Positions 40,673 to 55,546 of a DNA stretch of 64,000 nucleotides are shown here, one piece after another (position 1 is the first letter of the stretch; the number at the start of each line of letters is the position of its first letter). The notes under the pieces are model-generated. The model saw only the letters and a list, made by a program, of their open reading frames with translations. It had not been told where the DNA came from and did no database searches. The stretch comes from Octopus vulgaris (taxonomy: Eukaryota), in contig OX597823.1 in assembly GCA_951406725.2 (NCBI GenBank), forward strand, positions 114,452,001-114,516,000, written 5' to 3'. Position numbers and translations under genes: made by a program.

Positions 40673-42414
40673 TTTGCTTCATGTATTGAGTTCTGTTTCT
40701 CCGGATTGTGAAGCACAAAATCCTCACTCTCTTTCTCTCTCTCGCTCTCTCTCTTTCTCTTATATGTTATACACATACGCACATACTCACACATATACAT
40801 ATATGTACATACATACGAGCATATATGCATACATACATGCATATATACATTATGTGGATTGATCTTTCTAGTTGTCATAAACAAACATTAACGGAATTCT
40901 CAGAAGTCAGCAATGCTTTGTCAATAACACTGCTTTTCCATGTACGCAGTAATAGGAGCAGTAGTAGTAGCAGCAGCAGCAGCAGCAGCAGCTGTATTGA
41001 ATGAGTTAAGTATTGTATAGATTACTGCTGACTTTAAACTTTCGAGTCCTTTGCCATTAATGCGAAGAAAACTAGGTTAATGCTTGAAGGAAATTTTGAA
41101 GAATAACAAAAGGTAACTTCAGCAACAATCACTGTGGGGTATGAATTCTTACCATCTTTCTTTGTATTGAAGGTAGATGGAACGACATAAAATACAAGTG
41201 ATTCTATTATTCGCCATCTTTCAGTACAAGGATAAGTTTTTGCGAGCAAGCAAGTGTATTTGCATGTGTGATGTATAAGATTTATATGTGGTGTGTAGTT
41301 TCTCTTACTATACGAATCTTGAATCTCAAGGAAATAAATGTTTTCATATCCAAGCACTTATAGAAATGCATACTCCTCTAGAAAATAATGTGACAGATGT
41401 TTATGGGAATTTAAATTTCTTCACTTTTCTTTTTACTTTTTTAAATATTTATCTATATATTAGTTTATTTTTTGAGAATTTTTCATTCATTTTCCTCTTA
41501 CCATCTACGAATTTCTGTTGTATACTATTCGTAAGAAGTTTAAAAAGAAATTGCTGTGATATTGAGCTGTGTACTATATCCATTGAAAACTGAATTGTTT
41601 TTTTTTTTTTTGTTTTTTTCTTTTTGTTAATTTAAGGTCTTTAATTTTTGGTTTGGTTAGGATAAAGGACAAATCCCAAAAGCTGTATCTGAATTAACAG
41701 ACTGTTTGGTAGTGAATAAAGAGAATCTTATTGCTGTGAATATTTTACAAGCGAACCCATATACGCTGCTTTCAGTAACGTAAAACTAATCTCTTCACTT
41801 ACTCCATCTTTTCATCACCCCCACTCTACTGCTCCTCCTCCACCTTTTGCTCTCCTTTCTCATTGATATATCGTATTGATTTTAATTGCATTGTGGTTTA
41901 TATTCAATGGCAAGAAATTTTTGCTCCGATTTTCTGTAAGTCAACAGAATAAATATCGCCAGTGACTGTTAAATTAACGTACAAAGAAACAAGCTCAATG
42001 TTAACCTTCTCAGCTTATCTACGACTGACTTTGGCACAAGCGGCACCAGCAGAGTCAATATGAAATTAAACATCATCTGCAGTGTCTTTGAACATTTGCT
42101 GATGCTTTCGAAGAAAACGTAGTAGCTTTAAATTTGTTTACTAACAGATTTTACAAAGAATTGTCTTGTGTATAGCAATAACAATTTATCAAAGAGTTGC
42201 TTGCTTTAGCGCCTCTGGAAAGAATAAAACTTTGATACTTTCCTAAAATTGACTTTAATAAAACTAATTACTGTGAAGGTTGATGGTGCTTATTACCTTG
42301 CAACTTAGAACGAAATACACACCGAAGGAATTTTTCAAATGTAAAATTATTTCTTGATTTGTCTCTCTGCAAAACGATTTGGAAGCGAGATAAAGAAATG
42401 TATTTTCTTATAAA

Positions 42415-42485
<71 letters not shown>

Positions 42486-42672
42486 GACTAGACATCCGGG
42501 TTCATCTTTTAAATAAAGCTAAATTTGAGTATCTTTTTTTTACATTTTCTGTGAACTGTTTTGTGTCCAACGTAGACATCAGATGGCTGTTTAATATATT
42601 TGTTTCCAGAAAAGAAAAAGAAATTTTACAAAGATGAGAATCTGTAAAACAGTGATATTAGTATCATAGGTA

Positions 42673-42725
<53 letters not shown>

Positions 42726-42850
42726 AATATTAGCAGAGTTGGTAGAGTCGGAGAGAATGTCGACTAATATTTCATTAGAAACCTTCTCTGTCATAATCCA
42801 AGTTCCACCCACGTTAATTTTACCTTTCTGAGTTCAGAGTCAGTAATAAA

Positions 42851-43358
42851 TTAGGTTGTCCGGAAAGTTCGTGCCGATTTATAGTAGCTTACATTTGACT
42901 GCACCTCCATTTAGAGCACAGTTTAAGCTATCTTTTCGTGGAAGAAGGTTTATGTCCCTATAACCTGTGTTAATCCTGTAACCCTTTAAAATGGAAGATA
43001 AGAAACTTCATTTTCGGCACTTGATGCTTTGGGAACCAGACAAAAATTGCTGCAGCTCGGCTAGGATGTGTTACCCCACCCTCCATATTACCAGATATTG
43101 CCCTTTCGGATTTCTCTGCAAAATAGTCTTAATGGTAAAATTTCAATTCCTTGGATTACGTTAATAGATACCTTGATGAATTCTTTGCCACGAAACCACC
43201 TCAGTTCTGGGAAGAGGGTATTTTCAAGTTAGAGGAAAGATGGAGACGCATTGTGCAACAAAATGGTTCATATTTGGTTGATTAAAAATGTAATGGCAAT
43301 TACTTATTGACCTTTTTCTTTCCTTTAAAAATCGGCACGAACTTTCCGGACAACCCAA
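42851..43358 (+). mobile_element. Internally deleted mariner transposon
   Basis: ~30-bp TIRs TTAGGTTGTCCGGAAAGTTCGTGCCGATTT and AAATCGGCACGAACTTTCCGGACAACCCAA, with TA at the 3' flank. Encodes MEDKKLHFRHLML, LPHPPY..PDIA and FWEEGIFKLEERWRRIVQQNGSYLVD*. Confidence 0.92.
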
Positions 43359-44417
43359 TAGTAACAACGAGATACCGAGTCTCGTTCGATAGGTTACACA
43401 TCACAAAATGTGCCTATACATGAACTCAGTATAAGAAAGGTGAATTTACTTCAGTGTTTATATATTTCTTTACTTTTTGCTCAAATGACGCAATGGCTAA
43501 AGTTTTACACTTCATCGTTTTGATTGAAAGTACAACCTAAGTTCCTATGTTCTGAATTGCAATTCCAACTAATTTAAAATCCTTTGTCTTTTCGGACCTA
43601 CAAAACCTACCAAACATGAAATAGTGTTGATTTAATAGAATATGCCCTTCTCCATAATTTCTCTGCTTAGACCTCAACTGTCATAGAACAGTAGCACTCA
43701 AAAACCAGTTTTGCATTACTGGATCAATCCATTGATGAAACATCGTTATACACAGATATCTGCGAAATGCAATATTACCATGAGAACATTAGAATAAAGA
43801 ACGATTTGTCAGAGTCATTAAAGATTGATAACATCCAGAATATTTCTTGCTGCTTTCTACACGCCAACATTATACCTAAAAATGTCTTAGAATATATGTT
43901 AACCTTCTCAGTAATGCTAAATAAATAGATAAGTAGAAAAATCTCACGTGGCATTGCAAAAACAAAATATACCAAAACATATACCATAAATTTCAACTGA
44001 AATTATCTTATGTAAAAGTGCAGCCTCCATTTCGTTCCTATACAATATATTCTTAGCGTAATAAGGTCGTTATATTACTTTCAGTAATTGAAATCGCATA
44101 CACCAGTAGACTACTGTCTAGGGTTATGGTTACCGCATCCAATTATCCTCATTTCAATAACGTGCAGAAGCTCATTTAACGAGGATTTTAATATATAATA
44201 TGTCGTGTGTAGCCGGTAGATTAGGAATTGGTGACCTTCATAACATGGATGTGCTATGATTAGGTATTTGAAGTCTTACTCGTAGTTGGCAATAATTAGA
44301 TACATACATACATGTGAATGCATATTGGCATTCATAGTTATACTTACATACATCTTCTTACCTTTCTAAGTATATCTATAATCATCTATCTATTCTCTAT
44401 CTTTCTATCTATATCTG

Positions 44418-44498
<81 letters not shown>

Positions 44499-44590
44499 CT
44501 ATACATATATATATATGTGTTATTATATATACATGTGTGTGTGCGCGCGTGTGTGTGTTTTTGTGTTTGTGTGTGCGTACTGTGTGTGTG

Positions 44591-44626
<36 letters not shown>

Positions 44627-45181
44627 CCTATACACATGCGTACACACAGTACGCACAGGCATCTGTACAATTATGCATATAGTCAGAAACTGTTCAAGAA
44701 TGTGACTATTTGTGGAATATTCCAATTAAAACTTACATCGAATTCAAGTGTAACAGAACTAATATATTTATCTGAAAGAAATTATGAGAACAATTCAGTC
44801 CGGCAGTGTAGCGTATGATAATATCTTTCCGAAATCAATAGCAATGGATACAAGAACATAGGATGTAGAAGGCGTAGCATTTATACACGGTCGGTTTTAT
44901 GGAGCCTGATCGACACGTAAACATTTCTGTAGACAAACCGATTGATAAATATTGGAGAAATAACTGTTCCATGTGTACGAGAACTTCTACGAGAAACAGA
45001 AGGACAAAACCTTTAGAAACAGAACGGGGGGTGGAGGTTCAGAACAGTTCTAAGTTTTAAGGGTTACATGAGAGGTCTGGCTAGACGCCCAACCTTCCGA
45101 TTTCTTAGAAAAACTGAAGGACTGCTGTAATAAGTTTGTGAGTCTGAGAGGGGAAGATACTGAATAAATTCATATTCAGAT

Positions 45182-45244
<63 letters not shown>

Positions 45245-45471
45245 GGAATATTATTCCAAAATTACAGGGAAAAATTTAATTTAGAAATACTGAATCAAAT
45301 TTCATAAACTATAATATATTCTACCAAATATATACGTTTTATTTACGATTTTGCATATTACTTAATTATTGTTATATGTTTTATCTTAAATTTAATCTTT
45401 CTATAATATGTAATTTTTATAAATGGTATAATTTTTCATTATTGAATTGATAAAAGGTGGGGTTTTTTTTA

Positions 45472-45631
<160 letters not shown>

Positions 45632-45879
45632 TACCCTTGGAAGATATATACACAGACATGCAGGAAGTAAGTGGACACCTTTACTTTTTAAAATTTCTGA
45701 TCTAAGCGTGTTAATATGTTTTGAGCGGTGTTATATTTTACTATGTAATTATTCTTTTTCACTCCAGGTGTCATTTTATTAAACATTTGCGAATAGTAAC
45801 AATACCACTCACTCACGGTATGTATGTCTGTATGTATACATACATACATATACACACACACACATATATATATATATAT

Positions 45880-46257
45880 GTGGAGGCGCAATGGCCTAGT
45901 GGTTAGGGCAGCGGACTCGCGGTCGTAGGATCGGGGTTTCGATTCTCAGACCGGACGTTGTGAGTGTTTATTGAGCGAAAACACCTAAAGCTTCACAAGG
46001 GTCCTGCAGGGGGGGGGTGATCCCTGCTGTACTCTTTCACCACAACTTTCTCTCACTCTTTCTTCCTGTTTCTGTTGTACCTGTATTTCAAAGGGCCAGC
46101 CTTGTCACACTCTGTATCACGCTGAATCTCCTCGAGAACTACGTTAAAGGTACACGTGTCTGTGGAATGCTCAGCCACTTGTACGTTAATTCCACGAGCA
46201 GGCTGTTCCGTTGATCGTATCAGCTGGGACCCTCATCGTCGAAACCGACGGAGTGCT

Positions 46258-46259
<2 letters not shown>
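45880..46259 (+). mobile_element. tRNA-derived SINE family C (head H1, tail T2) between (TA)n runs
   Basis: TGGCCTAGTGG A box and GGTTTCGATTC B box. The head is shared with 8899-9200 and the tail with 57381-57690. Confidence 0.9.
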
Positions 46260-46301
<42 letters not shown>

Positions 46302-46387
46302 TAACGCATCCCATTACACACCAATATATGGTGCAATGATTCTCGCTATATTCCCTTTTTCCACATCCATATTCGCCCTGTTGCTTT

Positions 46388-46618
<231 letters not shown>

Positions 46619-47106
46619 CGTCATCATCGTTGCCGTCATCATATCATTAAAACAAATATGTCCCCCCCTCCTTCAATCTACACTTTCAGCACATTTCATT
46701 GCCGTTGTTGCCTCTCTTCCTCTCTGCTGTCTTCATTCCTTCATCTCTCTTAATTTGACGTCATCTGCTGAAGTATTGTCCACGATTCAATGGATCTATA
46801 TAATTAGGTGGGGTAATTATGCCAGTTACACATTTCTCTTAATGATTCATACTAATTATGAAAAACCATAGCCAGTTACAATTAAACAAGATCGATCAGT
46901 GTTTAATTAGTATCTGTGTGTGCTTAACTAATCCAACATCTAACCCTGCATTGGCTCTAATCCCTCCACTTTGCTTGTTTATAATATTTGTAGCATTTCT
47001 CTGAACTCTTCGAACAATATTTACGCTTTCACTCTATTGGTTCTCGTGGATTTGTAGAAACACTGCCGTTTATATAACAGACCTTTGTTATATAAGCATA
47101 AGTTTA

Positions 47107-47460
47107 TCTATTATATAAAATCCGTTCTGTCTGTGTGCGTGTGTCTTCTAGGATCTCAGGCATCCTCCATCCAATTGCACTCAAATTTGATATGTAGATA
47201 CCGACTGTATCAGGGCGTGTATAAGCCTTGAAAAAATTACAAAAATCGATTCCAGGTGAGAATGCGATCGATAAAGCATTCTTTGGAATAGAAAAAAGTT
47301 TATCTTTATTTCTTCTTTTGCTGGTGTCTCAAATTTAGATTAAATCAGTGTTTTTCAAAGTGGAGGCCTATGGGACGGTCGGACAAATTGTTTTGAGAAA
47401 ATTTGGTTTAAATGTTTGACAACTCAGTACCGTCCATTGGACAGGAGACGTTTTGCTCGT
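47107..47460 (+). mobile_element. Helitron-like non-autonomous repeat, 5' part
   Basis: A|TCTATTATATAAAA 5' end followed by a short TCTG/TG tract. A homologous copy lies on the minus strand at 56840-57255. Confidence 0.6.
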
Positions 47461-48759
47461 GTATGAATATACGTATACATTTACGAAAATATTTATACGT
47501 TAATGTAAGAATGCATCTACGTGCAAATTTATACGTGTATAATTTAATTTTATTCGAAATGTATTTCTTAAATTTCTTGCTAACAGGCAAAAAAAATGAT
47601 TCCATTTCTAATCCCAAAACTCGGCTCTTTTTAAGATGTAAACATTGACTGGAGAGTTAATTGTGCATGCATGTGTGAACTCATATATTTATAGATGTAT
47701 GTATATTTTATTACACCTGTGTGTTTGTATATAAGTGCACATGTCTGCGTGTCAGTGCGTCTACAATCATTGCATGTGTGGGCTTATGTGTTTTGGCACA
47801 TATATGCGTATACAACGATGTGTCTACATGTTGTCACGTGTATATATGCATTTAACACGTACTAAACCTGTTGGATTTTTATACATATGAACACAGTCAT
47901 TAAAAACGCGAAGCCGACTGATTAGACTTTTACCGGATTTGTGAAAACTAGCATCTTAAGATAAATACTGAGGCAGAAGGTTACATATCCGATGTATACA
48001 TTCATCACAGCAAAGCCAGAATAAGACTGAAGTGTCTGTAATTCGGTGCAGAACAAATGTCTTAAGTGACGTAGTACGTTAGACATCGGACTTATCCTCG
48101 ATTTTCATCGCAATAAACATTGGTGAGAGGGACACCGAATAGGTTATGTGTATGCGTATTTGTGTGAGCGTGTGAGTGTGTGTGTGTGTGAGCGCGCGCA
48201 TCACTAGTGTATATCGCTGAAAATTATAAGTATTAGAAAATTGAAAATCTGGTGTTACGTACTAAGTCACTCGAGAATTTCTTACGCAACCGGTTGCATG
48301 CACTCACTCAGTAATCTCACCTTGACATCATTAATGAGTGGAACAAGAGATTTGCTCAATGAAAGCCATTAACCAACGATACTATTATTCAATATTTACC
48401 ATATATAATAAATTATGAATTTGTGACCTTTTTGTATGACTGGTGAGTTAGCTGCGTGGCACTCAGATTGAATATCTCTTGACCGATGTCTGGAGTGGGA
48501 GACCAAGAGAGCAGAAGGTGAAGGAATGACAGTAGAAGCACTGGAAGGGGGGCTTCGTACGTTGTTTAAATTATCAGAGGATTTAGGATTGATGGGTGAA
48601 AGTCGAAATTGTTAAAAACAAGTCGGTTTTAAATACTTTTCCGGCGATGAAGGAGATATTGAAGAGAGTGAAAGGAGATACAGAGTGGTTTTCTAAAAGC
48701 ATGAACAGAGATGCAGAAATACACACAGAGAGGTAGAGAGGTACAAGAGATTCTGTATT

Positions 48760-48969
48760 TCTCTTTTATTTGTTTCAGTCATTTGACTGCGACCATGCTG
48801 GAAAACCGCCTTTTAGTCGAGCAAATCGACCCCAGGATTTATTCTATGTAAGCCTAGTACTTATGCCGAACCGCTAAGTTACGGACGCAAACACACCAGC
48901 ATCGGTTGTCAAGCGATGTTGGGGGGACAAACACAGACACACACACACGCATACACATACACACACACT

Positions 48970-49035
<66 letters not shown>

Positions 49036-49174
49036 TACGACGGGCTTCTTTCAGTTTCTGTCTACCAAATATACTCACAAGGCTTTGGTCAGCCCGAGAT
49101 GCCACGCAGTGGGACTGAACCCGGAACCATGTGGTTGGTAAGCAAGCTACTTACCACACAGCCACTCCTGCGCC
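48760..49174 (-). mobile_element. SINE family A copy with small internal deletions
   Basis: Reverse complement of 1430-1837. Confidence 0.9.
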
Positions 49175-49344
49175 TGTATAAAAAGATGTATAAAAAGACA
49201 GATATAATACCGTTAAAAGATGAATAGAGATCAGATCATTGTTTATAAGATCGTTGAAATAAAGCCTGGACAAGTAGAAAACACGAGAAGCAGTGGTTGC
49301 CGTAAGAGCGACAGAAGTCAACAGAGACAGAGAACATATTTATT

Positions 49345-49745
49345 TTGGTCTGCTTGTTTCAGTCATTTGACTGCGGCCATACTAGGACACCGCCTTGTAA
49401 GCTTTTAGTCGAACTAATCGACCCCAGGACATTTTTAAGATTAGTACTTATTCTGTCAGTCTCTTTTGCTGAACCACAAACTTATGCGGACGTAAAAACA
49501 CCAGCATCTGTTGTCAGGCGATGTGCGTGGGGGTACAAACTGATACAGAAACACACACACACATACATACACACACATATATATACGACGGGCTTCTTTC
49601 AGTTTTCGTATAGCAAATCCACTCACAAGGATTTGGTCGGTACTTGGCTATATTAGAAGACATTTGCTCAAGGCATTATGAAGTGGGACAGAACCCAGAA
49701 CCATGCGGTTGGGAAGCAAAGCTCCTTACCACACAGCAATGCCAG
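49345..49745 (-). mobile_element. SINE family A, diverged copy
   Basis: Reverse complement of 1430-1837. Confidence 0.85.
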
Positions 49746-51115
49746 CAGAGATAATGAAATGGTGACGGAAAATGTAGATAATGACGTAATAAATAGTAAG
49801 TGTGAAAGTTGCGGTTAAATAAAAAGTGCGAAAGGCGTGAGGATTGATATACAGAGGCTATTGTAATGGTGAGGCAACAGGCAGAGAATGAAAACAGTGC
49901 ATTTGTATTGTTTACTCAATCATTTGCTGTGTGCTCGATAACCTTTTATTAATGCGTGTGTCTGTAGCGACAGCATTGTTTGATGTATATGGGATCAGTA
50001 ATTCATTGTAGAGCTTCGTGGTTGGTTATTTAGGGATCACAGATGAGGTAATTCCTAAATGTAAAGAAAGCTTTTAAACTTTGGAATCCAGTTTCGGCAG
50101 TAAATGTTTCGCGCGGTCGCTACAGCATAAAGAGTGTGAAGCTGGCTAGCGGTCGTAATAGTTTTGACAGATTTAATTGTTCTCTATGGAAGAGATGGTA
50201 TATTTTCTTGGCAGGTGTAATGATTATCACATTATGCTAGTGACAGATTCTAAGTTGTTAACATGACGCCGTTAACGGATACTTTCTCGATCTCTATTCA
50301 CAGGGCGTAAGTCTGGTAGGTAGTTGCAATTACACTTTAAATGAAACACACAGAGGTAGAAATTAATTCACTGTAATATACATCATGAAATACATACATA
50401 CACATAGTCATACACACTCACACACATACATACCTACATACATACATACATACATACATACATACATACATACAGGTGCATGCAAATACTGTTTTCCTTT
50501 CCCCACCTACACGTAATGGTAGTAAGTATGTCCCTCGGTTTTAAGTGACGTCAGAACAACAGCATCAATGGAAGCAATCCTTCTTATTTCCGCCCACAGC
50601 ACAAACATCGACATTCGTTCATCTTGTCGACTTTGTATGAAAAGAAACCTGGTCAGCGGATGGAGGAGTAACGGATGTAAAAGATGGGAAAATACATCCA
50701 AGGAGGGGGAAGAAGAGGAAGAAGAGGAAGAAAGAGAAGCTGAAGAAGAAGAAGAAGGAGAGGAGGAGGAGAAGGAGGATTATGATGATGGTGATGACGA
50801 CGACGGCGACGACGATGATGATAACGACGAGGACGATGGTGATGATGACGATGATGATGATGATGGTGACAGCAACAACTACAACGAAAATTAATGGAGA
50901 GGTAATGACACTTATGATGTCGTTACTGTTACTGATGTTGCTGATAATGATGATGTTGGGACTGAGGAGGAGGAAGAGTAAGATGCAATTATGTGAATGA
51001 CTAAACTATCGAGCTAGGTTGAAATATGAAAAATAACGAAAAACATAGGAACGAAAGAAATGAAGAAAAATGTAAAATAGTAAAAATGCCAATAGTAATA
51101 GTAAGAATAATGAAA

Positions 51116-51276
51116 AAGAAGAAGAAGAAGAAGAAGAAGAAGAAGAAGAAGAAGAAGAAGAAGAAGAAGAAGAAGAAGAAGAAGAAGAAGAAGAAGAAGA
51201 AGAAGAAGAAGAAGAAGAAGAAGAAGAAGAAGAAGAAGAAGAAGAAGAAGAAGAAGAAGAAGAAGAAGAAGAAGAA
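51116..51276. repeat. (GAA)n microsatellite
   Basis: Direct reading. It explains the poly-K and poly-F ORFs. Confidence 0.98.
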
Positions 51277-52170
51277 ACGAAGAAGTGGAAAGAAAGATTG
51301 CATTAAGCTATCGATGGCTACAAGAGCAACTTCCGGTGAGTTACAAAGGACATTGAACAGAAGTGACTGACATCCATGTTGGAAAGGAAATGGAAGCCCA
51401 ACGTTACTTGAGGAGTTGTAAAATGGAGACAGAATGTCTGCACTTTGGCTATGGAAGTAGGTACTGCTGGCGATGGAGATACCGGAGAGGAAAAATGAAC
51501 GGGCAATAGAGGATAATTTAAACAACACCAACAGAGACAACAACATCGCCATTACTGTCAGCATCACTGCCATAACTATAGCAGTGGAGTAGAGACAGCT
51601 GAAGCAGCCATTACAAAAGAAATGCAAAAATAAAAAGACAAAAACAAAAACATTCTCTGGCAGCTAACAAGAAATTTTCTATAGACTGCAACAATAGTTT
51701 TAATATTCCTGGAAGCGGTGCAAAGACAGAGGGTTTAAAGTGCTACATAAACAGCAATTCATAACATTTATACAGTTCATATGAAATTCTTGAAATATTG
51801 GAATATTAAGAAGCAAAATTCAGCCATAAATGAACAGGCACTTAAAACATGGCAGTAATATAGTTCGGTGAGATTGACACAAAGTTATACAAATATGTTG
51901 GAGGTGGATTTAATAGAGTAATAAATTTTGAGGAAACAACATTAAGAGGGTTTGTTGTAAGCAGAGACAATCTAAGAATTAGGACAAAGAATTTCTTTTC
52001 AGAAATATAATGAGTGTGCTGTGACATAATTTCGAAAATTTTATAAATTTTAGTAAATGTATTTAGGTGAGATATTGGTAGGTAGTTCCAAGATTTCTGC
52101 GACTCATCGTCACGTCATACTATTCTACACTAAGCGAGCACTTATATACCAAATTAGACCACACCATGCT

Positions 52171-52485
52171 GGTACTCCGTCGATTACTACGACGAGTGTT
52201 TTCAGTTGATGTGGTCAAAGGAACAGCCTCCATGTGAAGTTAACGTCCAAGTGACAGAGCACTCCACAGACATGCTAATCCTTAAATTTCTTAAGGGATA
52301 TTTAGCGTGACACAGAATGTGACATGTGTGCCCCTTTGAACATACAGGTACAAATAATTTTCGTCAGTTGAGTGAACTGGAACAACGAGAAATACAGTGT
52401 CTTGCTCAACGACGCATAACGCCACAGAGTATCGAACTCAAGGCCTTACGATTGTGAATCGAATACCCGAACCGCTGAAACACAC
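52171..52485 (-). mobile_element. Diverged SINE of the 57381 type (head H2, tail T2)
   Basis: GAGCACTCCACAGACA, ATACAGGTAC, GTCTTGCTCAA and TCGAACTC are colinear with the reverse complement of 57381-57690. Confidence 0.75.
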
Positions 52486-52862
52486 AACACTGGATATGCT
52501 CACACACCTACTACACAATACTTTTCCACACATCATTACATTACAACCCACCGGCACCACCACTTCACAGTACACGACACAAAACGACACCACATTAAAC
52601 TATACAACGCTACACCACACTGCACTACATGACAAGACTACAATAAACTATATTATACACAACTACATTACACCATACCACAGGACCGTACAGGAAATTA
52701 TACCGTATAAAACCACACTATAATATACTACACCTTATTACATTAAACTACATCACATTTCAACACAAAGCACAACATTAATCTACTCTGCTACACTTCA
52801 TTACAACACATCTCGCTCTACACTGCTCTAAACTGCATCTTATTTCCCCATGCTAGATTATC

Positions 52863-53517
52863 TGTGTCTTTATTACCTACAAGGGGCTAAACACAGAGAG
52901 GACAAACAATGACAGACAAGCGGATTAAGTCGATTACATCGATCCCAGCGCGTAACTGGTACTTAATTTATCGACCTCGAAAGGATGAAAGGCAAAGTCG
53001 ACCTCGGCGGAATTTAAGGCGGCGAGCTGGCAGAATCGTTAGCACGCCGGGCGAAATGCTTAACGGTATTTCGCTTGTCGTTACATTGTGAGTTCAAATT
53101 CCGCCGAGGTTGACTTTGCCTTTCATCCTTTCGGGGTCGATAAATTAAGTACCAGTTACGCACTGGGGTCGATGTAATCGACTTAATAACTATGTCTGTC
53201 CTTGTTTGTCCCCTCTATGTTTAGCCCCTTGTGGGTAATAAAGAAATAGGAATTTGAACTCAGAACGTAACGACAGACGAAATACCTTTTTCTTTACTAC
53301 CCACAAGGGGCTACACACAGAGGGGACAAACAAGGACAGACAAACGGATTAAGTTGATTACATTGACCCCAGTGCGTAACTGGTACTTAATTTATCGATC
53401 TCGAAAGGATGAAAGGTAAAGTCGACCTCGGTGGAATTTGAACTCAGAACGTAACGACAGACGAAATATCGCTAAGCAATTCGCCCGGCGTGCTAACGTT
53501 TCTGCCAGCTCGCCGCC
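52863..53517 (-). mobile_element. SINE family B dimer with a nested opposite-strand family B monomer (53016-53248)
   Basis: Outer TSD TTTCCCCATGCTAGATTATC at 52843-52862 and 53518-53537. Inner TSD GGAATTT. Confidence 0.9.
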
Positions 53518-54015
53518 TTTCCCCATGCTAGATTATCATAGTTGTTGCTGATGCTATTCCTACTGCTTTTGTTGTTGTTGTGTAAACTCTAGGTTATTTC
53601 TGATTGAGCTAACAACTGGTACATGGCAGTAGTCTGAGCAGCTACAATCTACAGATGCGCCCTCTGTCTCTGGACCAATCTGTCTTTTCTGTCATACAAT
53701 AGTTATTCTCGATCCATGGCGCTCCATTGGAGGACACTTCATCTAACTTCTTGAATATACTGAATCTACGACAACATTCCCCTACATACGAGTTTCCCTA
53801 TTTTAAGTCATTAGCATATTATATAAGGTAATTTGGCTGATATTTCTAGCAAATTTCGCAGCTGCACAGACGGTCTTCATCAGCCACAATTCCTCAACGG
53901 TGAAGAGATCGGACAGTAGTTCAGCAGTCGTTCACATCACAAAGATTAATGGTACGTGCTGCAGTATTGCAGTGTAGCACTCATTGATGTTTGATGCTTC
54001 TGCAAATATCTACAA

Positions 54016-54408
54016 CTAGCAGCATCGCTCGGCATTGCTTGGGTTTGCTTCCACCCTTTAGAATTGGAATTTTTGGAAAGTAAAACCTTTGCGTTATGTA
54101 GCTTGTTATTTTCTTGAAGTGAACATTTTTCTGGTTGAAATACACTGCAAAATGGCGACACAGCAGTCAAAAAATCGTAAAAAGTAGGGATTTTCATAGA
54201 AAAAAAAAGCACCTTTTTGATGTAAATAATTTTTAGTGTTAACATGGTCAGAGTTGATTTTTTCTTCTACGAAATGAAGAGCAAGCCTTCTTCTATCATA
54301 CTCTCAATTTTGGTCAACTTGCGCCGCAGGGTCTTGGAGGAGATAGTGTTAGTTGAAGACTACTGAAACTGCCATACACAGACAACTTCAGCTTTGTGTA
54401 TATAGAGA
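54016..54408 (-). mobile_element. Non-autonomous Helitron-like element, complete
   Basis: 5' TC(TCTATA), 3' CTAG preceded by a degenerate GC-rich hairpin-like segment (CCCAAGCAATGCCGAG). Sits between A and T with no TSD. Confidence 0.7.
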
Positions 54409-54674
54409 TGGAACACATTGCTTCTCTGGCAATTTTCTTCAATTCTAATATATTCTTAAGAAAGTTGGAGTTTGATCACAATGGTATTTTGAGAATGTTC
54501 ATCGATAAACCTATTTATTCAACTTGTAACACACATACACGAACACAAATATTATCGCTCGTTCTCTGTAAAAATATCGTAACAGATGTTACAGGCTAAC
54601 CTAAAGTGATGTGGTATTCCTTGATGATCATCACTGCGATAGCTGTACCGAAGTAACACCAATGGAGTACTTAC

Positions 54675-54815
54675 CTTGCGGACATAGAGGAGATAAATGA
54701 AGGAAAGCGAAGAAACAACTTAAAGAATTTCGGTCGATTAGACGGTAATCAAAAACAATGTTTTCATCTTTTCCTTGATTCTTTATCCAATATTTTCGTT
54801 TGAACTTAACAGAAT
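54675..54815 (-). other. Candidate exon (141 nt, phase 1-1, open frame)
   Basis: CTTATTTTAG acceptor and CAAG|GTAAGT donor. The peptide SVKFKRKYWIKNQGKDENIVFDYRLIDRNS.. is not recognised. Confidence 0.25.
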
Positions 54816-55334
54816 CTAAAATAAGTTCACGTAAGAGAACAAAGGAAAATCCACTCAATGGAAAACAATTAAAATGGAGTTCTTAGCGGGCAAAAAGTGT
54901 TTGTAGATAGATCTGAGATAGTGATAAAATAGACAAGTAAATACGTAAATAGATGAGTGATATACAGGTATGCTTTAAGGTGACGTTTTCAAAAGGAACA
55001 CAGTTTGCGTGAACGTTGATTTTGATATAAAACGAAAACAAAAATATAAGAACACACGTGACTTAGTAGGGAACGAGATACGCCCACTACTCGCATACAA
55101 CCCCCCTAGACATGCATACGCACACATACGCACACCACAGGCATGTTCTCATACACACGCACACATACACACACACACACACATACACACACACACATAC
55201 ACACACACACACACATATATATATATGGGGAGATAAACAGACACACAGACGTATAGGGAACAGCTTCTTTTAAACATGTCATGTTCCAATTTAAAATTTA
55301 CATCATGAACTTTTCAATATGTGTATGCATATAT

Positions 55335-55502
55335 ACTCTTTTACTTGTTTCAGTCATTTGACTGTGGCCATGATGGAGCACCACCTTTAGTCGGCCCGAG
55401 GCTATAGTAGAAGACACTTGCCCAACGTGCCACGTAGTGAGATTGAACCCGAAACCATGTGGTTGGTAAGCAAGCTACTTACCACGAAGCCACTCACACG
55501 CC
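55335..55502 (-). mobile_element. SINE family A with central deletion
   Basis: The tail is joined to the head at a GTCG microhomology (TTTAGTCGGCCCGAGG). Confidence 0.85.
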
Positions 55503-55507
55503 TATGC

Positions 55508-55546
<39 letters not shown>

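Noticed and set aside
43775-43996. Hydrophobic 73-aa ORF faintly like GPCR TM6-TM7
   Set aside because: There is no NPxxY motif, no upstream helices and no splice support. AT-rich DNA readily yields hydrophobic peptides.
45650-45790. Possible Tc1-like TIR (CAGACATGCAGGAAGTAAGTGGACACC)
   Set aside because: No matching second TIR or transposase was found.
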